Origin: Paragordius varius
Taxonomy: Eukaryota > Animalia > Nematomorpha
Direction of reading: 5' to 3'
DNA length: 64,000 bases
Assembly: GCA_964247055.1 (NCBI GenBank)
Contig: OZ176051.1
Location: 11,966,001-12,030,000 of the forward strand
Of this stretch, positions 25,583-38,783 are shown in pieces. Every line of letters begins with the position of its first letter. Positions within the stretch are counted from its first letter, which is position 1. The notes beneath the pieces were generated by a model. The model searched no databases. It was not told the DNA's origin and worked only from the letters and a program-made list of their open reading frames with translations. A program made the position numbers and the translations under genes.

Positions 25583-27097
25583 GAATGTCCATTAAAAATT
25601 GTAATCATATATTCCGAGCCAAGAAATGGACGGCTCAACGCCAATACCTTCTGAGGCGCCTCACCCTAAACCACAAAAAATTTATGATAAAAGTCCGGAA
25701 TTATTGTAAACCTTGCAATTTAGATGTGGAATGCTATCCCTCATCCCAAGATTTCATGTCACTCCATAGACTGACAAACCAAATCCCGTTCCTCTCCGGC
25801 ATCAAACAGGGCTGCCCACTCTCTGGCATCTTATTTAACGTCGCCGTTAATTCAATAATTGAGAAATGAATAATCACAGTCACGAAATACTTGCGTATGC
25901 GGATGATATGGCTTGCTTATCGCCAAACCCACATCTCCACCAAGCAGCGCTTGACCTACTCACATCCCTCCTTAGTGAAATCGGTCTTACCATAAATTTC
26001 TCCAAGTGTATCACCCTTTGCCTTAATGCCAATTACCAGTTCTCGATTGATGATGGCATTATAAGAACTTTTTAACACCACGAATATACAAACTTCTTGG
26101 GTAACCCGGTTGAGTTGGGCATTGAACCTGCCGCAAATACTGAAATCCCGCAAAAAATATTAAATCCCAATCTGGCCCCCTGGCAAAAGCTTGACGCTAT
26201 ACAAACATTCTATTATCCCAGACTCATGCACAGACTGCGCTTTAATCAAATCAATTATAATACTTCGGATGCAATAGATAAACAATTGACTACAGTAATC
26301 AAACAAATATTGGCTCTTCCAAGAGACGCCACCACAAACTATATCTACGGGTCCACAAAGGTGCTTCAGCATGCCTCTTTTAAAACACATGCATATATTT
26401 AGAATAGATTCAGCTTTCAAACTGCTAACCTCCCGCGACGAATCAATTAAAACAGAGTCGCTTGCCGAGCTCTCAAAAACAATAGCCTATGGATTAAAAG
26501 TTAAAAACCCAACTCCGGAGGATATGGCTTTCTATCTTTCCGGCACATACCCGACGTTACAAACCCTAGCAACAAAGCTCAAAATCCCTGGACAGAGGCA
26601 CGTAACATCTCAGTTCCGTAAGATCAAATGGGAATTTATTAATTCCTCTCCCACATTAATAGTTGATAATAAACGACTCGGTATCGAACAACGTAGTCTC
26701 GATGCTCAGACGCACTCGGCGTGCGTTTGAAGATGCAGAACTCCATCACTTCGCTCTGCAAGGACGAGTAATGGAATGTGTAGCTGCCGATTGGGCCAGC
26801 CATTTTATTTACAGGAGAACACATGAGATTCCGTGATTGATTTATTCATTGCGCCAGGCTCAATCTTGTCCCCACCAATTCTCGAAAACACGCAAGTCTG
26901 ATGTCGACGATGCGGCAAAGATAACGACACCCCCGCTCATGTTCTCAATAACATCTTGAAAGAGAGAAATCTAATAACCAAGAGACACAATCTAATTGTA
27001 AATCGGATCAAAGAGGCGCTACCACCAAACTTCCAAGTCATCAGCGAGAATCCAGAAGTTGACGCATCTCGTCTGCGCCCTGACCTTATAGTCACAG
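25583..27097 (+). mobile_element. Utopia lineage A pieces: ZnF1-2 segment fused to an RT-to-RLE fragment
   Basis: 25583-25746 encodes C..KNC..KWTAQRQ..H..CKPC. It joins through CTCATCC to the RT region (GIKQGCPLSG, YADD) and runs to RPDL near 27080. No 3' UTR or U2 follows. Confidence 0.85.
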
Positions 27098-28500
27098 GTG
27101 TGCAAACAGTAAAAAAGCTTTTAGATATTATAAAAAGACCTTTTCTATATATATATATATATTGATGATGTTGAACAATATCGCTTCAGAATTTTAAAGG
27201 TTCGTTTGCTTAATAATTTGGTGAATTTTTGTAAAAAAACACACTATATATATTACATAAATTTGAAGACGAACAAATATTTATATCAAAATTCTTTTAT
27301 AATAAATATTAGTATTATCAATTATAAAAGTATCCAAAAAAAGTGCGTAAACTTTGCCATTTTTTTATATGGAACACTCACCACAAAAGTGGAAATAAGG
27401 GCCAAAAGCACCATGATAATCCTGATACATTCTATCAGAATATATATATTTTAGATATTTTTTGTGATTGCAAATAAAAATATATTTAATTATTATTTAT
27501 ATATTTATAACAATTTTAAATGAAAAGGAGGATTTTACTTAATTCTATTTAAATTCCTATAATTTATAATAATTCATAGCGTTCAACCTTACCACTTAAA
27601 AATTTATAAGCTTCACTTAATATTTGAAAACTACCTATACTCATTTATTTGTTTTTTGACTAGTTTCTCACTTTTTTAAAGAGTATGATTTTATGGATTA
27701 TAAGGCTAATTTGAAATTTTTTATTGAATATTGGACCACAAAACACTTTAATATATTGCAGACTACTTCCTTCAATGTTGCACCGAACATATTTTGCCGA
27801 ATTTAACTATAAACATATCATTATAATAAATTGAAACAGAATTAAGGAACCTATTTACTTTAGATTCCAATTCAAAGTGGATGTACAAGTTAAAAATAAC
27901 ACTTGAAATTTGATACTTTATATGATGGATGTCTTTTGTATATAAATATACCATTAAATAATTTTATGTGATGATAAATTATGAAAACTATACTTTCAAA
28001 GAGTAATACTTCGAATTTCCTAATAATTTCCCCTAGCCATATACATTTATATTTAATTGCAACGCTAATAATTAAGGTTATCATATTTTTATAGAGGTCA
28101 GCTCATGTCTAGTATGAGTTTAAGTCTAATGCTTATACTAATATATGTAAAATAAATAATGATGAAATTCATTTATTATAATGGAATATATAATGTAAAT
28201 TCCAAATTTAATGTAATATAATTTAATTTTTATCTACATTTATGAAATTGTTATTGCATGGTATGAAGTGTTAAATTGTGGATAGAAACAACCTTTTTTG
28301 GGTATCTTACAGAATTTGCGAAATTCCTAAGATTTAATCCCAGTTTTTCGATTATATCTAAAATAAGAAGAGAGAGTGTTAATACTTTGGCATGTTTGGC
28401 ATTTACTTAATTATATTTATTTAGCTTCTGATTTTACTAAAAAAATAAAAAAATTGTACACCCTTAAAAGGACTAATATTATTTTGGATACTAACCATTA

Positions 28501-30402
28501 CACAGTGCGCACAAAAAAATAAACAAACATGATTTTTATCTAGAATAATAAGAATTCCCTTGGAAAAGGAGACCCCAAAAATTTTGGGGCAAAAATGCGC
28601 CCCAAAATGGAAATATTCCATTTTTTCATTTTTGACTAGAAATAGATTTTTGTCCAGCAAACATGATAAAAACCTAATATATTCTTAAGAAAAATAGATA
28701 AAATTATTTTAAAGTATCAATAATTTTTTTTATTCCACAAAAATGGGAATTGGTAAATTTTATGACATTGTCGAAATATATTATAAAAAAATTATTTGTA
28801 AGAACTCCATATTGTTTTGATTATTTAAGTTTATGACTTATATATAACATACCAAAGAGTTGGTATATATAATAAAGGCTATGTATCCTTTTTAGTCCCT
28901 CAAAAAATTTGTATTTTTTGAAAAAATTTTCGCGATTTTTGTTGCATTTTCCTCACATGCTTCTCACTGTTTCATAAATACAGTATCAGTATCAGTAGTC
29001 GGCAATTTTCAAAGAATACTGAAAAAACCAATAAAACTTCAAGATTATGAAATTCCCATTACATTACTTTGGATAAATGTTTATATACTATTTAATCTAT
29101 AGATAATAAATTTAATTTAGGACCTCTTGATATACAGAAAGCAGCATCGGAAATATAGCTTTTTTTTGCTATATACACTATATTTAGCTTTTTAAGTAAA
29201 ATTATATTTGTATTCACGTGTATTTTCTTCATATAATTTTAGTTACAAAATAGAATTTTCCTTGCACCAAAATTATTCTGACATTTGTAAATAATCTACT
29301 TCCAGAAACTCTATTGCCAAATTATAAATCGAACAATTATTACAATTATTATATATATTGAAAAACTGATAATAAATGGATTTATTTTTATTCGATAGAA
29401 TTTTTAGCATTCTTTTACAATAAGAATATTTTATTAGGTTTCTATAAAATTTTAAAATAAAAATGTTCCGGTCTTATAAAGATATTGTCAAATACAAACT
29501 TCGTTTGCAAAAATCCTGCAACATCTCTTCAAGTCTAACCCAATAACAATACTTAAAATACATATAAGCATTTAAATTTATTTATACATAATGAATATAT
29601 TAGCCAGACATAAAGTGATTCCAATAGTATTCACCAACTATTGAAACTAGTATAATTTTTTCTATATGTTTAAGCGTTTGATAGAACCGTTCTCCATCCT
29701 GGTCTGTAGCCCTCCACCGGAATTAGTATAATTACCTTGCTGTGGGCTCATATTTCCTTGTAATGAACTAATTTACCAGTAAAATACATGTTGCAATAGG
29801 TAATTATTTGTTCAGTAATTTTAATCAAATTTGTAGGGCGATGATACCTTCCACATACATAGCAGAAAAGGTTTTTGGTTTTTTCAGTATTTTTTGAAAA
29901 TTGCGGATTACTGATACTGTATTTATGAAACAGTGAGAAGCATGTGAGGAAAATGCAACAAAAATCGCGAAAATTTTTCAAAAAATACAAATTTTTTGAG
30001 GGACTAGGATACATAGCCTCTATTATATATACCAACTCTTTGGTATGTTATATATAAGTCATAAACTTAAATAATAATAACAATATGGAGTTCTTACAAT
30101 TTTTTTCATAATATATTTTGACAATGTCATAAAATTTACGAATTTCTATTTTTGTGGAATAAAAAAAATTATTGATACTTTAAAATAATTTTATCTATTT
30201 TTCTTAAGAATATATTAGGTTTTTATCATGTTTGCTGGACAAAAATCTATTTCTAGTCAAAAATGAAAAAATGGAATATTTCCATTTTGGGGCGCATTTT
30301 TGCCCCAAAATTTTTGGGGTCTCCTTTTCCAATGGATTTCCTATAATTCTAGATAAAAATCATGTTTGTTTATTTTTTTACCCCCCTTTTTTGCGCACAG
30401 TG
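28501..30402 (-). mobile_element. Chapaev3/CMC-like non-autonomous element with about 530-bp inverted arms
   Basis: TTA|CACAGTGCGCA ... TGCGCACAGTG|TTA, a TWA-type TSD. Arms 28501-29030 and about 29870-30402 are inverted homologues. The minus-strand FCYVCG..IT..YF..G resembles the Chapaev transposase N-terminal domain. Confidence 0.6.
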
Positions 30403-30778
30403 TTATATACGAAAAAATTAATTATTTTTTGTATTTGAATATTCATTTATTTTAGGGAATCGGTAAGATTGTAAGTAATTTAAATTACAATTAATTTAAA
30501 TTTTAGCTACAGAAATGCAATATCAACATACTAAAGTTCCAACGATAAACACAATAAGAATTTATTAAGAAGTCCAAAAAATTTGATCTTAGACTGAATT
30601 GTACATCTTTCTGCAGTTCGGATTATCATAAATAAAACATAAATTATGTACAATCAATTATTTTGATTTTTTTACAAAATATGTTAGAATTCTACTTTAT
30701 CTAACAAAAGGTCCGATCTTTTAAAATATCTAAAATTTATAGCGTTTAGAAACACAAAAAAATGTTAAAATATATTAC

Positions 30779-31520
30779 CTCGGTCCAAGTGATCATTTAA
30801 TAAATAAAACTCAATAGATCCATTATTGATAGTAACGCTTTGAGCTAAGGCAATTTCTTTGGGTTTATTTTCGTGTTCCATAATCTCATCATAATAACTA
30901 TCTACTGGGAAACATTCCTATTTTAGTATATAAATAGCGCATAAATCTATACAAAAGTCTTTACTTTTGATAAATATGACCTAAAAGACCCAATAAACCA
31001 GATAAATTGCTTAACACATGAAAAACACATACGCGATATTGTGTATTATATATTAAACGTCAAGCACAGATTAGGTTAGCCAAAAACTAGCGTTTTATTT
31101 TAACCATTAAATACCTAAAAACAAACATTTGCGGCCCCTATTCCCCGGGAAAAAGCTATAAGTCATCATTTACAGGTAAAAACTTATGGTCAACATGCTT
31201 TATTGATTAAACGTGTGCAACATGGTTCAATAATTCAAAACTTGTGATTTCAATGTGAAAGTATGGGGCGCTCTTATAAAATACACAACTGCGCAGTCAA
31301 AAGAGGGCAAGAGACTTGAATGATAAACCAACTTTAAAACCCCAGCATTAATTGTATTACAAAAACAATCAATATAGTCGTCTAAGATCAATGCTAAACT
31401 TATATATTTGGTAAGATACCATTTGAATGACGTAAATTCGGAAATCGCAACTTGACTTGTGATTCCTTCTTTACAGAAGAAAATCATTTTTGGATCGTAG
31501 GGGTAGAAAAACTCCGCACC
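30779..31520 (-). CDS. Probable exons of an unidentified protein-coding gene
   Basis: Open, AG/GT-bounded segments at about 31520-31242 (AEFFYPYDPKMIFFCKEG..FTLKSQ) and 30917-30779 (ECFPVDSYYDEIMEH..DHLDR). No family recognised. Confidence 0.35.
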
Positions 31521-34173
31521 TCAAAATATTGAGTCGATAGATTTTTTTTCCATCAAATTATAGAGAAGTTTTGTGAAAATTTTATGCTACTTTCGCTTAT
31601 CAATTAGATAATATTATTTTTATGTCAAATTATTTATGAACGCGATATATTGGGTAAATTCAAAATATAGTACATTCATTTATCATAAATAAAATAATTA
31701 AATTCTTTTACCGCATAGTAACAATTTTATTTAATTCAAATTTGACGCCAAAGTGCAATTTTCAGCTTTACTTGTTATTCCTTCGAGTGATTAGCCTATT
31801 TAACATTATAATTCTTTTTCGATATTACTTTGCATTTAGATCCTTATGTAAAAACTAATAACATTGACGCGTTTTTCTCCATCGTTATTAAATTTATTCG
31901 ACCTAATGTGCCACAAAAATGCGATAATTTGATTTTGGGATAACTGAAAGAAAAGAACCTTATTAAGCCTTGTGACTTATTCTAGATATTTATTTTCCTG
32001 AGCTGTTAGAATCGAATGAGATATGATTCATAAATAAAGCATTTTTGATGCGCACCGTGTTATATATATATATATATATATATATATAGATATCAAATAA
32101 AGAAAAATTATAATTTAAAATTATAATATAGTACATATATTCTTCAACAAATTATTATTATAAGAAAACTTAAAAAGTTTAAGGACGACCGACTTAAGTT
32201 TTACAGGAGACTTTTGAGGTGAAAATGGTATACCATAATTAGAGATAATTTTAAAATATCCAATTATATTTATTCCAAAATATTAGAAGAGCGATAATTT
32301 ATTAGATTCACTCTTTTAATTTCAAATTTATAACTGTTTTAAAGTTTATATATGGATTTATACACTTATTAAACATATAATTTGGATTGATATATATCAT
32401 ATACCTTTTTTTAACTTGATCAAGAAAGTTATATGAAATCATTATATCATAATTTATTATTACCAATCGATTGTAAATATAGAATGTAAGAGCTGTTGTG
32501 AATAAAAGGGACAATTTACTAAACATTATTGGCAGTTCTATTTAAAAATAAATATCAAGGATTAAAAGTAAAATATTTATAATAACCTTTAATTTAAATT
32601 TGGTATAAATATGAAATAGTGAATATAATTCATATGGTTTTTTGAAGTAGGAACCGTCTTTTAATTATGATAAGAAAAAAAATAATTTTAAACGTAGTAT
32701 ATATTAAATTATTTGATTTTTTCAACCAAACACTGTTTTATTACCATCGAATTTATTAACACCAAACAGATTTTATAAATTAGTATTACAGTGAAAAAAT
32801 AAAAGTAATGTAAATGCATAGGTTACTTAAGCTTTTAACTTTTTAGTCCCACTTAACCTTTTGGGGTATTTTTATATCCCTTAATTTAGTAAATAACTAC
32901 GGTTTTAAAGTCATTTTAGTTAAATCATCAAAAAATGATCTCATGTAGCTGATAAAAAAGCCTAATACATTTGTTACTACCAGAAACACGATTAAACAGC
33001 TGAAATTAAAATAACAAGATATCAAGGTTTTGCTGATAAAATATAACAAAGCGTTTCAAAACTACTAAATCTAATTTTCTAACCATAATATGCATTTATT
33101 TGCCTGTTGCATTGGTAAATTCAAAAAATTTATAGAAAAAAATGGCGGCAAAAAAAGTTTAAGATGAGGATTTTTTTTCCAATTTTACATTTTTTAGAAA
33201 AAAATTTTTTGTATAATGCGCCTAAAACTAAAGTAATCATATTGTTAAATCTAGCTTAATACCATATATACTTTCTAAGGTATTAAATATTTATTCTCTC
33301 TGGGATATGAAACTTCCCCAAAAAGTAATAAAGTTTTAATATGTATCTTTTTTTTATATTTACTGTACTAAAATATTGTATATGGAATATACTTTTTTTC
33401 GTTAAATATTATTTAACGGTGTAACACCTTGAAAATTAACAAGGTCGCATATATTTATATTAAAAATGATAATTTATAACAAATTTATGAATTTAGCTCT
33501 CTGATAATTTTGATTCCAAAAATCGATTGTTACTATTTCACGCACCAAAAAATTAACCTGTACTTTTTTATTTAAAAACACGGGTGTCCAACACATATAT
33601 CTTCCCGGATGCTTTGATATTTTTTTTTATTTTTAGACCAATTTTGGATTATATATCTTCTAACTAAATAATAGTATATTTTTGACTCAATACAATTTTA
33701 TTTTTAAGACTTTTTAGAGCACTTTTGGGTACCGTAAAAAGCGTGTCGGACATCCCTTATTTAGAGGATACGTCTTTTATATAAAACTAAGGCCATGTGA
33801 ATCAGCTTTGAGTTAGGAACTCAGGTTAATCTGGAAGATGAAATGTAAAATTATAATTCATCTTTTTTGTAATTAATATCCGTTATCATTAAAAGCCAGA
33901 TGAGTCGGCGTATCGAGATAGTTCATACATATAAACGAATTTGAATCGGCAAACCTAATTAAATTAAATTTGTTACAGTTTACCCATTAGTTTTTAACTC
34001 ATTTTCATTATTTTCAAAACCGCCGACATCCTCAAACTTCCAAATTAAAAAGTAAAAAATTTTAATTCAAATTCGGAGGCCAGTAAACCTTCGCCAGAGT
34101 TGAATTACAAAAAAAGTTTTTTAATATCTTAAACAGTTTTGTTTCCACCATACTTTAAATAATAACTTTAAAA

Positions 34174-34707
34174 AATTTGCTAAATAAAAATTATAATCGA
34201 AGTATATTTTACAAAAATAAATTATTAACAAATCATATTGTGATCTCTAGCCTTAATAATTTTATGGTGTAATCTCAGCTTATTCAATTACCCCACAAAT
34301 TCGAAAATTTTGGAGTTCACATCTATACAAATTGTTTTATTTATTATTGCTCCATATCGAAAAGCCGCAAAATCAGTGAATCTTATATGAAATCTCTTTG
34401 ATATTCTGGTTTAACCTTTTATAATTATACTGTTATGCGAGAATTTGCTAAATAAAAATTATAATCAAAGTATATTTTACAAAAATATTTTTTAACAAAT
34501 CTTTATTTATTCTCTGTCTTAATAATTGGTGTAATATCAGCTTTTTTTTCAATTACCCCACAGATTTGAAAATTTTGGAGTTCACATCTATACACATTGT
34601 TTTATTTATTATTGCTGCATATCAAAAAGCCGCCAAATCAGTGAATCTTATATGAAATCTCTTTGATAATCTGGTTTAATCTTTTATGATTATACTGTTA
34701 TGCGAGA
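34174..34707. repeat. Tandem duplication, two units of about 268 bp
   Basis: Units begin AATTTGCTAAATAAAAATTATAATC at 34174 and 34442 and align throughout with scattered differences. Confidence 0.85.
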
Positions 34708-35636
34708 GCATCCTAAAATGAATGTTTTAACTATAAATAAAAAAATATTTTTAAATATGCTTATAAACATATAATAACAAGTCGGAAGATATATATATAT
34801 ATATATATATAAACTTAAAACTCATTATATAAAACATGTCGCGGTTGGGTCCATGTAGTTTGGATTATTGATTGAGCCGTCGGCTTGCCGATCAAACGGT
34901 AGAGTTTTTTAAGGAAACACATTAGCATATAATTTTTTAAAAAAAATATTTTAATCTATTCATAGGCACATTAAATTATCATTTTTTATTTATAATATTT
35001 ATCTTTCATTGTATATAAAGACAAAAGCAATTTATTTTTGCATTTTTATTGGAGACGTTTCCTAAAATGTCTAAGAAAATTAATCGTAATACACGAGGTT
35101 AAGCCTTAAATAAAAGATATAGAATAAATTTGGTCAACAGTCTATAGTTTTTATAAATGTAATTACAATTAATATCTGAATTTCTGTTGCAATCGGATAA
35201 AATTATTTAAGTTGCGGTTTAAACATTTTGACCGTAAATAATATATTTAAATTGAAAACAATTTATAGTCTTCAAATCAAGAACTACGGATTTATATCGA
35301 TCTAATGAACAGCTAATTTTTTATTTATTAACGTAATACTTGCAGCCACCAATATTTTTTAAGATTTTTTTATATGATTCACTTAATATCCTAAATTTAC
35401 AACCAATATGATATATGCAATGTATTATCATAATAAAAATTTGTAATGTGTCAACGTTATAAATTTATACCATAATTATAATTAAAATAAATATGGTATA
35501 AGAAATAGCAAATCGTTGTTATATATAAAAATATCATAAGGTATAAAGGTTTCACCAACACAATAATCAATATAAATGCTATTTTCTTTTGTATTCATGG
35601 GTGATGAGGATCAAAAGATGTATACATAACTTGGTA

Positions 35637-36071
35637 TTATTTATTATCAACATCATGAGTGCGTACAGAATCCGATACAATTTTCCATTTATCACCTTCC
35701 GCAATAAGAATAAAATATTGATGAAATCCAAACGAATCAATTTTTTTGGTATGTTTGAGTTCTTGATCATATTTAACTAATCCGTGAACATATAGAGTTG
35801 CACTTTGCTGACCATTTGTAACAATAGGGGTTATGGGTAAAACATTTAATGCATCGGTTTGATGTTCACTATGAGGAAGTTTTTCATAAAACTCCTTAAT
35901 AGAATCTAAACCCTATTATTAAACAAATCATACTTGATATTGATTACCGTTCCATAAAAGAGTTGCATTTTCATGATATAATTTGTAAAGAATATGCCTT
36001 TTCTTATCGACAGTAGAATAAAATACAGGAACAAAGGCTTGACATGAATCAAGTAAGTTTTTTAAATCCAT
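35637..36071 (-). CDS. NXT1: NTF2-related export protein (p15, NXT1/NXT2)
   Basis: Exons 36071-35934 and 35912-35637 give MDLKNLLDSCQAFVPVFYSTVDKKRHILYKLYHENATLLWNGNQYQ|GLDSIKEFYEKLPHSEH..FHQYFILIAEGDKWKIVSDSVR. This matches the NXT motifs Y..MDKRR..L..LY...ATL.WNGN, LPSS and WKI.SD. Confidence 0.93.
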
Positions 36072-36154
36072 TTCCGCACATCAGGGGGTAAAAACATGAC
36101 TGATATTACCGTGGATCGGTTGTCGATAACATTGAATAATATATCCTCATAAAT

Positions 36155-36210
<56 letters not shown>

Positions 36211-36244
36211 CTAGTAAAGAACTATGGTACTTTTGTTATTTTAA

Positions 36245-36821
36245 CACTTCGATTTAAATTGGGATATCTAAATACCCCAGAGTAAATTTGAGTTAGGATT
36301 TTTAAACTACTAAAGGAAACAGTCCCAATTTAAATTTATGCTTCTATCTTAATAAAAATTATATAAATATGCCAAAATTTTTTAAAATAATTTTGTTTAG
36401 AAAAAAAAAGTTCCATGTCAAACTACTTCGACGCCATTTTTATTTTACAAATTTTTTTGCAGAATATCGTCTTCATTTAATTTTAAGGGTAAAATTAAAG
36501 CTAATTTTTTATTTAAATTACATCTATCATTGATAGAAATAGAAAAGGCTGTTTATTTTGTATTATTTTTTATTTTACCATTGCACGCATGCCACGTTGT
36601 AATTTTTACCTTTCGGTTTTAGCTTAAAATAAGTAATATCAAGTATTTTTGAATAAACTTTTTTATATATGTCGGTTTATTAATGTTATACAAGTGCAAG
36701 ATTTTGCCATGGTTTTGATTCCTTCCATATTTTTTTAAGAATTTAATTTTGAACAGGCCTGGGGTATTTAACTACCCCAATTTGAATCGAAGGATTATAG
36801 TGAATGTGTTGTATCCAAGTG
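36245..36821. mobile_element. piggyBac-like MITE, complete copy
   Basis: TTAA|CACTTCGAT ... ATCCAAGTG|TTAA, 577 bp, non-coding. Confidence 0.8.
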
Positions 36822-37368
36822 TTAAATAAAATAAAAAAGATTTTGGGGATTCGTTTAATAGCGAAACGTAAAAGGAGCACATAGTATAAACAATAAAAAA
36901 TTAACTTTTGGTAATAGTTAAAACAATATTTATCAAATTTTTATCTATGTTTTTATTCATAAATTTTTATCCTCCCATGTGGCTCGACTTTATGCAAAAC
37001 CAATATTGCATAATTTTAATATGCTAGGCTTGATTAACATTATCACTTGGATACAACAAATCCATTTCAGTCCTTCGATTCAAATTGGGGTAGTTGGATA
37101 CCTAGGCTTGTTTAAAATTATATAATTCAAAAAATATGGAATGAATTGTTACCATGGCGAAAATTTGGACATTTATAACATTAATGAAATATAAAAAAAT
37201 TTTCATTTTAAAATACTTGATATTACATTTTTTATGTACCTCAAGGTATATATTTAATCACTATGACATGTGTGCATTAGCTATAAAAATAATACAAAAT
37301 AAACCACTTTTTCTGTTTCTATCAATGTTAGATGTGTTATGTAAAATTAGATTTCATTTTAGCTTTAA

Positions 37369-37948
37369 CACTTGGATACAACACACTCATTTTAGTCCTT
37401 CGATTCAAATTGGGCAGTTGGATACCCCAGGCCTGTTTAAAATCAAATAGTTTAAAAAGTATGGAAGCCATCAAAACCATGGCAAAATTTTGCACTTATA
37501 TAACATTAATAAACCGAAATATAAAAAAAATTTATTTAAAAATACTTGATATTACTTATTTTGAGCTAAAAATTAAAGGTAAAAATTTAGTCAACGTGAC
37601 ATGTGTCAAATTGTAAAATACAAAGATAATACAAAATAAACCGCTTTTTCTATTTCTATTAATGTTAGATGTAATTTATATAAAAAATAAGCTTTAGTTT
37701 TACCCTTAAAATTAAATGAAGACGATATTTTGCAAAATTTCTGTAAAATAAAAATGGCGTCGAAGTAGTTTGAGGTGGAACTTTTTTTTCAAAACAAAAA
37801 TTTATCAAGATATTTTGGCATATTTATATAATATTTGTCAGGATAGAAGCATAAATTTAAATTGGGACCGTTTCGTTCAGTAGTTTTTTAAAAATTTTAA
37901 TTTAAATTTAGTCTGGGGTATTTAGATACCCCAATTTGAATCGAAGTG
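37369..37948. mobile_element. piggyBac-like MITE, complete copy in opposite orientation
   Basis: TTAA|CACTTGGAT ... ATCGAAGTG|TTAA, 580 bp. Partial copies flank it at about 37043-37350 and 37960-38185. Confidence 0.8.
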
Positions 37949-38226
37949 TTAAAAACAAATTAACACGATATTTTGCAAAAATGTTGTAAAATAAAAATGG
38001 CTTCGAAGTAAATGATGTAAAACTTTTTTTTCAAAACCAATTTTTATAAAGATTTTTCGGCTTATTTATATAACTTTAATTAGAATAGAAGCATAAATTT
38101 AAATTGGGGTCGTTTCTTTAGGTAGTTTTTAAAAAAATTAAATATAAATAATGTCTGGGGTATTTAGATACCCCAATTATAATCCAAAAAATGGGTAATT
38201 CATTGACATTCATTTTTACCAATAAC

Positions 38227-38783
38227 CACTTCAAATCAAATTGGTGTATCTAAATACCCCAAACTAAATTTAAATCAATATTTTTTAAAATACTACCGAA
38301 GGAAACGGTTCTAGCTTCTATCCTGATAAAAATTATATAAATTAGCCAAAATATTTGAAAATTTAGTTTTGAAAAAAAGTCCCATGGCAGACTACTTCGG
38401 CCCCATTTTTATTTTACAAAATTTTTGCAAAATATAGTGATCATTTAGTTTTGAAAGTTAAATTAGAGCTAATTTTATATTTAAATTACCTAACATTGAT
38501 AGTAATAGAATTGGGGTTTATGTTGTATTATTATCAATTTAGACAATTCACACATGTTACGTTAACAAAATTTTTACCTTTGAGTTTCACATCGAAATAA
38601 GTAATATCATGTATTTTTGAATAAAGATTTTTATATATTTCGGTTTACTAATGTTAAACAAGTGCAAAATTTTGCCCGGGTTATCTTCCATATTTTTTAA
38701 AGTTTGTAATTTTAAACAGACTGGGATATCTTACTACCCCAATTTGAATCGTAGGACCGAAATAAATGTGTTGTGTCCAAGTG
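38227..38783. mobile_element. piggyBac-like MITE, further copy
   Basis: Homologous to 36245-36821 in the same orientation. The TTAA flanks are not preserved. Confidence 0.7.

Noticed and set aside
28421-30438. Twin ORFs MLDKNLFLVKNEK.. on opposite strands
   Set aside because: They are chance frames within the inverted arms of the transposon, not duplicated genes.
33897-33925. CAGATGAGTCGG..TCGAGATAG hammerhead-like motif
   Set aside because: Both core boxes are mutated (CAGATGA, GATA).
36155-36207. (TA)n tracts here and near 970, 6900, 32065, 34790, 48020 and 53550
   Set aside because: Ordinary microsatellites in AT-rich DNA.
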